Of a DNA stretch of 64,000 bases, positions 1 through 9,257 are shown piece after piece (positions within the stretch are counted from its first letter, which is position 1; each line of letters begins with the position of its first letter). The position numbers were made by a program, and so were the translations under genes. Source of the DNA: Candidatus Parcubacteria bacterium (GTDB lineage: Bacteria; Patescibacteriota; Microgenomatia; UBA12405); contig JAEZTF010000007.1 in the NCBI GenBank assembly GCA_023443725.1, positions 103,846-167,845 on the forward strand, read 5' to 3'. The notes under the pieces were generated by a model. The model worked only from the letters and a program-made list of their open reading frames with translations. It made no database searches and was not told the origin of the DNA.

Positions 1-189
1 CCAAGAAACAATTGAGTCAATACCTCCTGAAACTAAATGAATTACATTTGAACCTTTAGAAGGCATTTTGCTCACAAAGCCTCTTTTCAATTGAAAAAAA
101 TCCTCTATAGTCTTAATTGTTTCTAAATCCTCTAATGGATGTTGTTTCAAAAAATTTTCAAAATCTTCATGATTTACTTTTTTAATCAT
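1..189 (-). CDS. NH3-dependent NAD+ synthetase, N-terminal fragment (truncated at the window edge)
   Basis: Minus-strand ATG at 189. Translation MIKKVNHEDFENFLKQHPLEDLETIKTIEDFFQLKRGFVSKMPSKGSNVIHLVSGGIDS has the PP-loop SGGxDS at about residue 54, which is where NadE carries it. Confidence 0.4.
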   Translation of the reverse strand, partial: MIKKVNHEDFENFLKQHPLEDLETIKTIEDFFQLKRGFVSKMPSKGSNVIHLVSGGIDSIVSW

Positions 190-246
190 ATACAATTTAT
201 TTTTTATATTTAATTAGAATAAGTAGAATTATATCTTATACACAAA

Positions 247-963
247 TTAATATTTAAAATATTGTTCCAAAACCTCATTTCCACCATCCATCACAATTTT
301 CCCACTATTCATAACAATATATCTATTACAGAATTTCTCCAAATATTGTCTATAGTGAGAAACCAAGATTATTGTCTTTTTACTCTTTATCATTTCATTC
401 ATTTTAAGATCAATTTTTCTTTTAAAGTTTTCATCACCAACAGAAATATTTTCATCCAAAATTAAAATATCCGGATTGGCATTTATAGCCACTGCAAACC
501 CCAATCTTAATCTCATTCCAGAAGAATAAGTATACAATGGAGAATCAATAAATTTACCAATATCTGCAAAAGAAACAATTTTATCAAGGTTTTTCATTAT
601 TTCGGCTTTCGTTAATCCCAGAATTAAACCATTCAATAAAACATTTTCTACACCAGTTAAATCTGGATGGAACCCAGCATCCAAATCAATAAGAGAAATT
701 AATTTTCCATTGGTTAGTATCTCTCCTTCTGTGGGAACAGATATACATGACATCAATTTTAATAAAGTAGTTTTTCCGGAACCATTGTGACCAATAATAC
801 CAACCTTTTCTCCTTTATTAATAATTAGAGATAGATTGTTTATTGCCAAAAAAATCTCTTTTCTTTTCCTCATAATTACATCTTCAACAAAAGTCGGTTT
901 TTCATGATGAAGAATATAACTTTTAGTTACATTCGTAAGTTTAATAGCAATATCACTTTTCAT
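247..963 (-). CDS. ABC transporter ATP-binding protein, polysaccharide/teichoic-acid exporter type (TagH/Wzt-like)
   Basis: Walker A GHNGSGKTT, ABC signature YSSGMRLRLGFA and Walker B ILILDE. Adjacent to an ABC-2 permease gene. Confidence 0.85.
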   Translation of the reverse strand: MKSDIAIKLTNVTKSYILHHEKPTFVEDVIMRKRKEIFLAINNLSLIINKGEKVGIIGHNGSGKTTLLKLMSCISVPTEGEILTNGKLISLIDLDAGFHPDLTGVENVLLNGLILGLTKAEIMKNLDKIVSFADIGKFIDSPLYTYSSGMRLRLGFAVAINANPDILILDENISVGDENFKRKIDLKMNEMIKSKKTIILVSHYRQYLEKFCNRYIVMNSGKIVMDGGNEVLEQYFKY

Positions 964-976
964 AAAACATTATAAT

Positions 977-1753
977 CTACAGCCAATCATCGAAATATGG
1001 CTCTTCTTTTTTAAAAATAAATATTCCTAAAAACAAAATTAAAATTGTAAATATTAAACTAGTAATTGCTAATTTCCATGAATAGATCGGTATACCTAAC
1101 ACTAAAAATCTAAAGATTTCAACAATAGCAGTCATCGGATTTAAATAAAAATAGTTGGCAATATTTTTAGGTAACAAATTCAAACTATAAACAATTGGAG
1201 TTGCATAATACCAGAGTGGCATAATTGCACTTACAGCAAAACTTACATCTCTGAATCTCACATCTAAAGCAGAAAAAAATAAAGAAAAACCAATTGTTAA
1301 AATAGTCAAGAAAAACAGTAAAAACGGCGATAAAAAAAACCAACAAAAGTTTAATTCACCAAAGAAAAAAACAATCAACATAAATATCGGAAAAAATATT
1401 AATGTATGAAATAAATTCGACAAAACTATTGAGATAATTATCGACTCTCGAGGAAATTTTGCCTTCTTAATCAACATTCTTTCATTTACAATCATAGATA
1501 CATTTTTTAAAACCGAATAAGAAAAAAAATTCCAAAGCAACAATCCGGAAAATAAAAACAAAAAATAATTATTTACTCTAACCGGAATAAAAAACTGAAA
1601 AATAAAACCAATAGCAAACATTTGTAAAAGAGGGTTTAATATGATCCATAAAAAGCCCAAAGTTGCCACCTTATACCTAGCCTTTATCTCTTTCTCTGTC
1701 ATGGCCCACAAAAATTCCCACCACCTTTTCTGTTTTTTAGATAATTTAAACAT
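977..1753 (-). CDS. ABC-2 type transporter permease (TagG/Wzm-like)
   Basis: Six predicted TM helices and an ABC-2 permease-like hydrophobic profile. Directly upstream of the ABC ATPase gene. Confidence 0.7.
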   Translation of the reverse strand: MFKLSKKQKRWWEFLWAMTEKEIKARYKVATLGFLWIILNPLLQMFAIGFIFQFFIPVRVNNYFLFLFSGLLLWNFFSYSVLKNVSMIVNERMLIKKAKFPRESIIISIVLSNLFHTLIFFPIFMLIVFFFGELNFCWFFLSPFLLFFLTILTIGFSLFFSALDVRFRDVSFAVSAIMPLWYYATPIVYSLNLLPKNIANYFYLNPMTAIVEIFRFLVLGIPIYSWKLAITSLIFTILILFLGIFIFKKEEPYFDDWL

Positions 1754-1763
1754 ATTCTTATTC

Positions 1764-2849
1764 TCAAAATTTAGAAACTAATTTTACTTGTTTTAATATT
1801 AATCGATCTTGAATTAACTCTCCACAACCTTTAATAACTGCCATTCCTCCTTCATCTATTAATCGACAAAAAATTTTAGTCTTAGATTCAATTAATGAAC
1901 TTATACCATCAATCTTTGCCCCGTTACCTACCAACGCAATTCCTCTTTTAAGTATATCTTCCATTAATTCAGGTGGAGTTTCGTCTAAAACTGAAACTAC
2001 TAATCTAACTATTTTAGCCATATCTAACGCAACTGCTTCTCTAATCTCGTTACTAGTCAACTTAACACTTTTTGGTAAACCAGTTTCCAAGTCTCTGCCT
2101 CTAACTAGGCCAATTTCTTTTCCTATTTCTATTTTTATCTTTTCTGCACTATTTTCTCCAATCAAAATTCCATATTTCATTTTGATATAGTTAATAATAC
2201 TTTCATCAAAATCATTACCAGCAGTTTTAATCCCTCTTCCAACTACTACCCCACCCATAGATACCACACTTACTTCAGTTTTTCCTCCACCTATATCTAC
2301 AACCATCAAGCCAGCCGAACTATCTATTGGTAAACCAATTCCAATTGCCGCTAATACTGCACTTTCTACTAAGACTACTTCTCTTGCTCCAGCATTTAAA
2401 AAAACTGATCTCAAAGCTCTTTTTTGAACTTGATTAATATAACTTGGAACACTCACAATCACCCTTGGTTTAAAAAACTTTGGATAAGTTGATGGTATTT
2501 CATATATCAATTTAAGATGATAAGCAATTAAATTCTCTAATGCTTCCAAATCAAAAATCACTCCATTTTTAATTGGGCTAATAACTTCAATTTGTTTTGG
2601 TTCTCTATTCAACATTTCTTTCGCTTTAAAACCAAAAGCCACTGGAATTTTAAAATTATTCTTTGGTGCTGAAAGGCCTGTCCATCTTTTCTTTTTATGT
2701 CTTACCAACATTGTAGGTTCGTCTATAATTACTCCTCTGTCTTTTAAATAAACCAAAGTGTTACTACTTCCCAAATCCACACCCACGTCCCAACTAAAAC
2801 TTGATATAAATGATTTTGCTTTGTCTTTAATATTTGAAAACCTAGTCAC
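1764..2849 (-). CDS. MreB/Mbl-family actin-like protein (second paralog)
   Basis: Phosphate-1 motif DLGSSNT, VVDIGGGKTEVSVVSMGGVV and a C-terminal LVGNGAKIDG motif. Clearly related to, but divergent from, the MreB at 57124-58125. Confidence 0.75.
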   Translation of the reverse strand: MTRFSNIKDKAKSFISSFSWDVGVDLGSSNTLVYLKDRGVIIDEPTMLVRHKKKRWTGLSAPKNNFKIPVAFGFKAKEMLNREPKQIEVISPIKNGVIFDLEALENLIAYHLKLIYEIPSTYPKFFKPRVIVSVPSYINQVQKRALRSVFLNAGAREVVLVESAVLAAIGIGLPIDSSAGLMVVDIGGGKTEVSVVSMGGVVVGRGIKTAGNDFDESIINYIKMKYGILIGENSAEKIKIEIGKEIGLVRGRDLETGLPKSVKLTSNEIREAVALDMAKIVRLVVSVLDETPPELMEDILKRGIALVGNGAKIDGISSLIESKTKIFCRLIDEGGMAVIKGCGELIQDRLILKQVKLVSKF

Positions 2850-2899
2850 TTTAGAATTATAACAAGTTCATCATTTTTAAGTTAAAATAAAACACATCT

Positions 2900-4837
2900 A
2901 TGAAAAGAATTACTAACCTAATAAAACTTTTTTTTCTTTTTCTCTTTCTTGCCACTCCCCTAATTTTTACTTTTTTCAATTCTGAACTATTTGAACTTCC
3001 TAAAATGTATTTTGTTTATATGATAACTATCATAATAACCACTCTACATTTGACTAACTGGTCATTAGGAAAGGTTGCTTTATATAAAAAGACTTTTTTA
3101 AATATACCAATATTCTTATTTTTAATCAGTCAAATTATATCAACTTTTATATCTATCGACCCTCATACTTCATTTTTTGGTTATTATTCTCGTTTAAATG
3201 GTGGTTTACTCCCACTAATATCCTTTATTACTCTATATTTTATTTTGCCTAATTATAGTGACTCAAAGTTCAATAAAAAAATTATAAATACTGTTCTCCT
3301 TTCAGGCCTATTAGTCTCAATTTACGGCATAGCCCAACATTTTGGTGCTGATAAAAATCTTTGGGTTCAAGATGTTCAATCACGAGTCTTCTCGACTCTC
3401 GGCCAACCCAATTGGTTAGCTGCTTTTTTAGTTATTCTCATTCCTTTTTCTATTCATAAGTTTCTAGAATCAAAAAATTTTATTCATAAGTCTTATTACT
3501 TACTACTTACTATTAGCTATTACCTAACTATTCTTTTTACTAAATCTAAATCTGGCATTATTGCCTGTGTTTCTTCTTTATTTATATATTTTATTTTTAA
3601 GTTATTTTCTGACATTAAAAATAAATTTTTATCCATAAATTTAAAATCATATTTTATATTTTTTGTTTTAATAGTCCTATCTTTATTAATTTCCAATCCT
3701 ATCAAAGATAAACTATTTCCTAAGAAATTTACTCCCACTACTACAGAGTTACAAACTGAAAAACTGAACATAACTCCAAGTGAAGACATTCGTAAAATCG
3801 TTTGGCATGGAGCCTTTGACCTATGGAAACAATATCCAATATTTGGAACCGGTGTTGAAACATTTGCCTATTCATACTATTGGACCCGTCCAATTGAACA
3901 TAACCTTACCTCAGAATGGGAGTTTCTTTATAACAAAGCCCACAACGAATATCTCAATTTCTTAGCTACTACTGGAATTGTTGGCATTATTGCTTACCTT
4001 TTTCTAATTATTACTATTCTTATCAAAACCTTCAGAGACAAACCAACTTTTTGTGCTATTTTAGCTTTACTAATCACCAATTTAGTCGGTTTTTCAGTAG
4101 TTACTACTTCTTTATTATTTTTTCTCCTACCAATTTTAGTCATCAACTACAAACCATCAACCAAAGAGCTAAAACCAAAAAAATATTTGATTATTCCCAT
4201 TTTATTAATATCTATCTATCTAATTTCTAAAAATATAAATTTCTACACCGCTGATATTTTCTACGCTAAATCAATTAGTTTTGATCAAAATTCAAATTAT
4301 CAGACTTCATATAAATTAATCAGCCAAAGTTTAGATTTAAGACCAAACGAACCAGAATATTTAACTCAATCAGCCATTCTAGAATCAAAATTAAGTATTA
4401 TTACTAAAGAAAATATTTATCAAGACAGTGCTATTAAACATATTGATCAAGCCATTAAAATTTCTCCTGCCAATACTAGTATTTGGAAACAAAGAGCCCA
4501 AGTATTTTATTATTTATCCGCCATCGATAAACAATATTTTCAAGAATCAATCAATTCACTTTTACAAGTTATTACTCTTGCTCCAACTGACGCTAAAAAC
4601 TTTTTTACTATCGGACAATTTTTAGAATCAGCCAATTTAGTTGATCAATCTATTCCTTATTATCAAAAAGCCGTTGAATTAAAATCCAATTATGATCACG
4701 CTTATTTTGCCCTAGGTCAAATTTATTTTTCTCAAAAAAAATACGATCTAACTAAACAAAATCTAGAATTAACTCTCAAATACGCCCCCACCAACACTGA
4801 TGCACAAGAAATTTTAAAAAAAATTCCTATTAAATAA
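2900..4837 (+). CDS. O-antigen ligase (Wzy_C/WaaL)-like polytopic membrane protein with C-terminal TPR repeats
   Basis: About 12 TM segments, the Wzy_C-type HNEYLNFLATTGIVGIIAYL motif, and a TPR-like C-terminal region (YYQKAVELKSNYDHAYFALGQIYF). Confidence 0.65.
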   Translation: MKRITNLIKLFFLFLFLATPLIFTFFNSELFELPKMYFVYMITIIITTLHLTNWSLGKVALYKKTFLNIPIFLFLISQIISTFISIDPHTSFFGYYSRLNGGLLPLISFITLYFILPNYSDSKFNKKIINTVLLSGLLVSIYGIAQHFGADKNLWVQDVQSRVFSTLGQPNWLAAFLVILIPFSIHKFLESKNFIHKSYYLLLTISYYLTILFTKSKSGIIACVSSLFIYFIFKLFSDIKNKFLSINLKSYFIFFVLIVLSLLISNPIKDKLFPKKFTPTTTELQTEKLNITPSEDIRKIVWHGAFDLWKQYPIFGTGVETFAYSYYWTRPIEHNLTSEWEFLYNKAHNEYLNFLATTGIVGIIAYLFLIITILIKTFRDKPTFCAILALLITNLVGFSVVTTSLLFFLLPILVINYKPSTKELKPKKYLIIPILLISIYLISKNINFYTADIFYAKSISFDQNSNYQTSYKLISQSLDLRPNEPEYLTQSAILESKLSIITKENIYQDSAIKHIDQAIKISPANTSIWKQRAQVFYYLSAIDKQYFQESINSLLQVITLAPTDAKNFFTIGQFLESANLVDQSIPYYQKAVELKSNYDHAYFALGQIYFSQKKYDLTKQNLELTLKYAPTNTDAQEILKKIPIK

Positions 4838-5399
4838 TTTTATCTACATTCCAAACTTTCATCTTTCCGTCAACGCTTTTAAAAAACTTACCTTTATCCT
4901 CTTTTATATGATCAACAAACACAATTCCGTCTAAATGGTCTGATTCATGCTGCCACACAATTGCCTTAAAACCCTCTAATTCTTCACTTTTTGAAACTAA
5001 TTTTTTATCAATTAATTCTTGCCATTCTACTTTTATCTTTAACCATCTTTTGACAGTTCCCCAATAATTTGGAAAAGATAAACAACCCTCCAAAAAGTCT
5101 TCACTATTACCTTTCTCATCAACCATTACTGGAAAAGTTTTTTCACCAGAGGTCAATTTTATTTTTGGATTTATAATCACTCTGATTTTTTTATTTTCAT
5201 CTTTCACTCCAAAAAATCTTTTAGAAATTCCAATTTGAGGTGCGGCCAATCCTGCTCCATTTTCAGCTCCTTCTAATTCTTTTTTTAAAATTTCAATCTC
5301 TTTTATTAATTTATCATCAACCAATTCAATAGTCTTAGTTCTTTCTCTTAAAATTTTATTTGGATAAGTTAAAATTCTTTCCATGACATATTTTAGCAA
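4830..5399 (-). CDS. def: peptide deformylase
   Basis: PDF motifs GAGLAAPQIG, EGCLSFP and HESDHLDG. Confidence 0.9.
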   Translation of the reverse strand: MLKYVMERILTYPNKILRERTKTIELVDDKLIKEIEILKKELEGAENGAGLAAPQIGISKRFFGVKDENKKIRVIINPKIKLTSGEKTFPVMVDEKGNSEDFLEGCLSFPNYWGTVKRWLKIKVEWQELIDKKLVSKSEELEGFKAIVWQHESDHLDGIVFVDHIKEDKGKFFKSVDGKMKVWNVDKII

Positions 5400-5435
5400 A
5401 CTACTAACTAGCTACGGTATAATTCCATTATTATC

Positions 5436-6275
5436 ATGATCAATACTATTTTTTTTGGCTCATCAGAATATTCTGTTATTATTTTAGACCAACTTTTAAA
5501 GTTGTCTGATTTCAAAATCTCGGCTGTCGTCTCTAAAATTGACAAACCAGTTGGACGTAAGCAAGAAATTACCCCTAATCCCATAGTTAAATTTGCCAAA
5601 GATAATAATCTATCTCTTTATCAAATTGAAGAATTTGATTTTAAAGTTAAATCAGAAATAAAAAATTTAAATCCCGACCTTGGTCTTTGTGTTGCTTTCG
5701 GTCCACCTTATTTTGATCAAGAGATGATAGATATCCCTAAATTCAAAATTGTTAACATTCATCCTTCTCCGTTACCTAAATATCGCGGAGCTACTCCAGG
5801 CCCCTGGCAAATTATTAATGGAGAAACTAAGTCTAGTGTCACTTTTTTCCAAATTGATGTTTTACCTGATCACGGTCCAATCATCGCTCAAATTCCTTTT
5901 GATATTTCCTCAACCGAAACATCAACCACCTTCTATAAAAAAGCTTTCAATCTAGCCTGTAAACATTTAGACACAATTTTGAAAAATTATATTTCTTCTC
6001 CAGATAATCTCATTATTCAGAATCACTCAGAAAAAACCTACTTCCCAAAATTTACCAAAGAAACTGCTCAAATTGATTGGTCCTGGTCTCAAGATAAAAT
6101 TGATCGCTTCGTTCGTGCCCTTTATCCTTGGCCCACAGCCTGGACTTATATTACTGACCAAAAAGGTCATCTATTAAAAATGAAAATGTATCCAGAAAAT
6201 CTTGTTCAAATTGAAGGCAAAAAAATTACTAAATGGTCAGAAATTTCTTCTTACTATACTATAAAAAAATCCTAA
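5436..6275 (+). CDS. fmt: methionyl-tRNA formyltransferase
   Basis: N-terminal IFFGSSEYS and the formyltransferase motif VNIHPSPLPKYRGATP. Divergent from def. Confidence 0.9.
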   Translation: MINTIFFGSSEYSVIILDQLLKLSDFKISAVVSKIDKPVGRKQEITPNPIVKFAKDNNLSLYQIEEFDFKVKSEIKNLNPDLGLCVAFGPPYFDQEMIDIPKFKIVNIHPSPLPKYRGATPGPWQIINGETKSSVTFFQIDVLPDHGPIIAQIPFDISSTETSTTFYKKAFNLACKHLDTILKNYISSPDNLIIQNHSEKTYFPKFTKETAQIDWSWSQDKIDRFVRALYPWPTAWTYITDQKGHLLKMKMYPENLVQIEGKKITKWSEISSYYTIKKS

Positions 6276-6645
6276 AATTAGGCAAACAATCACTTTCAAA
6301 CTTATAGTAAAATTTTAATTTTATATTTTTTGAATTTTGTTTTTATCCTATTTTATGGCTTTATTTAAACATCATTTTTAAATTTAATGGATGTTTTCAT
6401 TAATTATGGAATAAGTTTTTTCTGCTACCTTAGGCATTTTTTTTAGTTTTATTTTTTCTATTTTTTTGAAGAAATATTTTTTATCAATTTAAAATTTTCG
6501 ATAAAATAGGCATTTTCAATAAAAAATTTTTCAAAAAATTATTCAAATTTAGTTTATTAAAATTTAAAAAATACCATAAAACAGGCATTTCATTTTTTGA
6601 CAAAGAAAATCAAAATCTTTTTAATTAATTAAAGGAGGTAAAAAT

Positions 6646-6765
6646 ATGCCAGTCAAAAAGAAAGTCGTTAAAAAAGCTGTAAAAAAACCAGCTAAGAAAG
6701 TCGTTAAAAAAGCTACCAAAAAAGTAGCTAAGAAAAAAGTCGCCAAAAAAACTAAAAAGAAATAA
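6646..6765 (+). CDS. 39-aa lysine-rich basic peptide (histone H1/Hc1-tail-like KKAVKK repeats)
   Basis: ATG 7 nt downstream of AAAGGAGGT. Translation MPVKKKVVKKAVKKPAKKVVKKATKKVAKKKVAKKTKKK, followed immediately by a hairpin plus T-run. Not in the ORF track because it is shorter than 60 aa. Confidence 0.5.
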   Translation: MPVKKKVVKKAVKKPAKKVVKKATKKVAKKKVAKKTKKK

Positions 6766-6787
6766 AATTATGTTTCGCCAATAAAAA

Positions 6788-6816
6788 CGGTACTTATTTA
6801 TTAAGTGCCGTTTTTT
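6788..6816 (+). terminator. rho-independent terminator (hairpin CGGTACTT/AAGTGCCG plus T6)
   Basis: Stem-loop followed by TTTTTT. Overlaps the 3' end of rpmB on the opposite strand. Confidence 0.5.
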
Positions 6817-7003
6817 GTTCTCCAGCCTCTTTTTTAATTCTTTTCAAACACTTGGTACAGAAACTACCACTAATTTTTTCTTCACCCACACTCATAGTAA
6901 CTTTTTGAATGTTAGCTTTATAAGTTCTTGGTGTTCTATTTTGGGCATGAGATCGGTTTTTACCGATACCTGTTTTTTTGCCACATAAACTACATGTTCT
7001 CAT
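6794..7003 (-). CDS. rpmB: 50S ribosomal protein L28
   Basis: MRTCSLCGKKTGIGKNRSHAQNRTPRTYKANIQKV matches the L28 N-terminus. The start is probably the second Met of the 75-aa ORF. Confidence 0.8.
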   Translation of the reverse strand: MRTCSLCGKKTGIGKNRSHAQNRTPRTYKANIQKVTMSVGEEKISGSFCTKCLKRIKKEAGEQKTALNK

Positions 7004-7041
7004 AGTAAGGTATAATAACAAAACAAATCCATTTTTTAAAC

Positions 7042-7668
7042 ATGTTAAATATAATTTCCTTTTTAATTTTAATTCTAGCTATTACCATTCATGAATTTTC
7101 TCATGGATTTGTGGCTGATAAATTAGGCGATCCAACTCCTCGATCATTCGGACGGTTAACTTTAAATCCATTAGCTCACGCTGATCTTGTTGGGACAATT
7201 CTATTACCTCTTTTTAGTGCCCTAACTGGAATTCCCACTATTGGATGGGCTAAACCAGTTCCAATTGATCCTTTTAATTTTCAACATCCCAAAAGAGATA
7301 TTATTTTAACTTCTTTAGCTGGCCCTGTTAGTAACTTTACTATTGCTATATTTGTTTCCATACTTTGTAATATATTTCACACATATAATGTGTATGCCTA
7401 TGTTTTTGTTTTGATCAACCTTTCTTTGGCCATATTTAATTTAATTCCCATTCCCCCGCTAGATGGATCAAAAATATTTCTCAACCTTCTTTCCAACGAA
7501 TCTAGTCAAAAATGGGAAGAGGCTTTTGATAAATATGGATTTATTATTTTAATTATCGTTGTTTTCCTTCCATTAGGACCATCAGGTAAACCAATCCTTA
7601 CTTCAATTATTTCTCCAATAGTTAATCTTATTTTTTCTTTACTTCTACCCTCTTTTTCAGGTCTTTAA
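7042..7668 (+). CDS. M50-family (site-2 protease type) membrane zinc metallopeptidase
   Basis: HEFSHG (HExxH) motif and NLIPIPPLDGS (LDG) motif, with multiple TM segments. Confidence 0.8.
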   Translation: MLNIISFLILILAITIHEFSHGFVADKLGDPTPRSFGRLTLNPLAHADLVGTILLPLFSALTGIPTIGWAKPVPIDPFNFQHPKRDIILTSLAGPVSNFTIAIFVSILCNIFHTYNVYAYVFVLINLSLAIFNLIPIPPLDGSKIFLNLLSNESSQKWEEAFDKYGFIILIIVVFLPLGPSGKPILTSIISPIVNLIFSLLLPSFSGL

Positions 7669-7861
7669 CTAGTTTTTCAATTTCTTTTGATTCCATTCCG
7701 TGAACTGTTGCTCCTTCTTCTAAAGTTTCCATTCCCGCTGCCATACAACCAATACAATGAAAACCATATTTCTCTACCAATACACTAGCTAAATCGGGAT
7801 AATTTTCTACTAAATCGCCAATTAAAATATCTTTATTTATTTCTATTTTTTGTTTTGTCAT
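7628..7861 (-). CDS. DUF1858-type small redox/disulfide domain protein
   Basis: The ENYPDLASVLVEKYGFHCIGC...ETLEEGATVHG pattern is typical of DUF1858 / hybrid-cluster-associated small proteins. Confidence 0.5.
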   Translation of the reverse strand: MTKQKIEINKDILIGDLVENYPDLASVLVEKYGFHCIGCMAAGMETLEEGATVHGMESKEIEKLVKDLKKRVEVKKK

Positions 7862-8135
7862 AAGAATTATTATACCTTAATTTAAAATTTGGTAATTAAC
7901 GCATTAACCCCGCAAATATTTAAACAACTTTTATATTTTTACTGACAAAAATTTTTAATATTGTTAGACTTAATTGTCCTATCAAAAGCTCACTCTTTAA
8001 GAAGGTGTTTTTTCTAACTAAACTTCTTTAAAGGAAGATTTGTGCTTATTCGGATTAGTCTTAGTAAGCCGATTTTCCCCCACGTTTATTTAGCGTGGAA
8101 AAGCCGCTTAAAGAACACTTTTGGTGGGACTCTTT

Positions 8136-9257
8136 TTAAGGCAAATTTAACATTTCTTTAATAATTGTTTCACTTGCATTTGGTTTAGCTAGCTTTTTTA
8201 AATTTCTTTTCATCTCTTTAAGTTTATTTGGATCTTTCAATACTTTATTAACAATTTTTCCAATTTCCTTTATATCTTTAATATAAATTCCTGCTTTAGC
8301 TTTTGTTAAGTAATCAGTATTACCATCCTCTTGTCCTGGAGTTGGTCTGACGATTAACATTGGCAAACCTAATGTAATTGCTTCGGTTGTTGTTAAACCT
8401 CCTGCTTTAGATATTAATAAATCTGCTGCTTTCATGTATTCATCAATATTATCGACAAAACCAACTACTTTACCTTCAAAACCAAAAGTATTAAATTTCA
8501 ATTTCAAATTATCTTGTCTCTCTTTATTTTTTCCTGCTATTACAACTAATTGAAAAAATTTTTTGTATGGAGATAATGATTTTAAAATCTTTACAAACGG
8601 TCCAACAGCATCTCCTCCGCCCATCATTAACAACGTTGGTTTTACTAAATCTAAATCAAGTTTTTTTCTTAATTTATTTTTATTAAATGGTTTTAAAAAG
8701 ACATCTCTTACCGGAATACCAGAAACACATATATTTTCTTTTTTAAAACCAATTTTTTTTAATTCTTTAATCACCTGATCACAAGCCACAAAAATTCGAT
8801 TGTTTTTAGGATAAACCCACATCGAATGAGATGTATAGTCGGTAATTACTACTCCATTATTAATCGGCATCTCTTTATACATCCAAGAGACTATCATTGC
8901 CGGCAAATAATGGGTTGAAATAATTATATCTGGTTTATATTCTTCTATTAATTTTCGATATTTTTTGAAATCTAATTTTAAATAATTATCTAAATTTTTA
9001 AACCATTTATTTGAATTAAATTTGCCGCTCTCATAGGTAAATTTAGTAATCAAAGGGGTATATTTCACCATTAGATACCAGATCTTTTCTATTAATTTAC
9101 TTAATTCAGGACTAACATAATCTAAAAAATTAACATGATCAACCTTTAAACCAAATTTTTTAGATGCTACTTGAGTTAAAGATTCAGCCGCCCTTACATG
9201 TCCAGCACCAACTACTGCCGACAAAATTAATAATCTCTTTTTTTTATTTAAACTCAT
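8136..9257 (-). CDS. GT28-family glycosyltransferase (MGDG synthase/UgtP-like)
   Basis: N-terminal LILSAVVGAGHVRAAESL and overall similarity to diacylglycerol glycosyltransferases. Confidence 0.65.
   Translation of the reverse strand: MSLNKKKRLLILSAVVGAGHVRAAESLTQVASKKFGLKVDHVNFLDYVSPELSKLIEKIWYLMVKYTPLITKFTYESGKFNSNKWFKNLDNYLKLDFKKYRKLIEEYKPDIIISTHYLPAMIVSWMYKEMPINNGVVITDYTSHSMWVYPKNNRIFVACDQVIKELKKIGFKKENICVSGIPVRDVFLKPFNKNKLRKKLDLDLVKPTLLMMGGGDAVGPFVKILKSLSPYKKFFQLVVIAGKNKERQDNLKLKFNTFGFEGKVVGFVDNIDEYMKAADLLISKAGGLTTTEAITLGLPMLIVRPTPGQEDGNTDYLTKAKAGIYIKDIKEIGKIVNKVLKDPNKLKEMKRNLKKLAKPNASETIIKEMLNLP

Noticed and set aside
5408-5599. 63-aa minus-strand ORF overlapping the fmt start
   Set aside because: It is antisense to the well-supported fmt gene and has no RBS.
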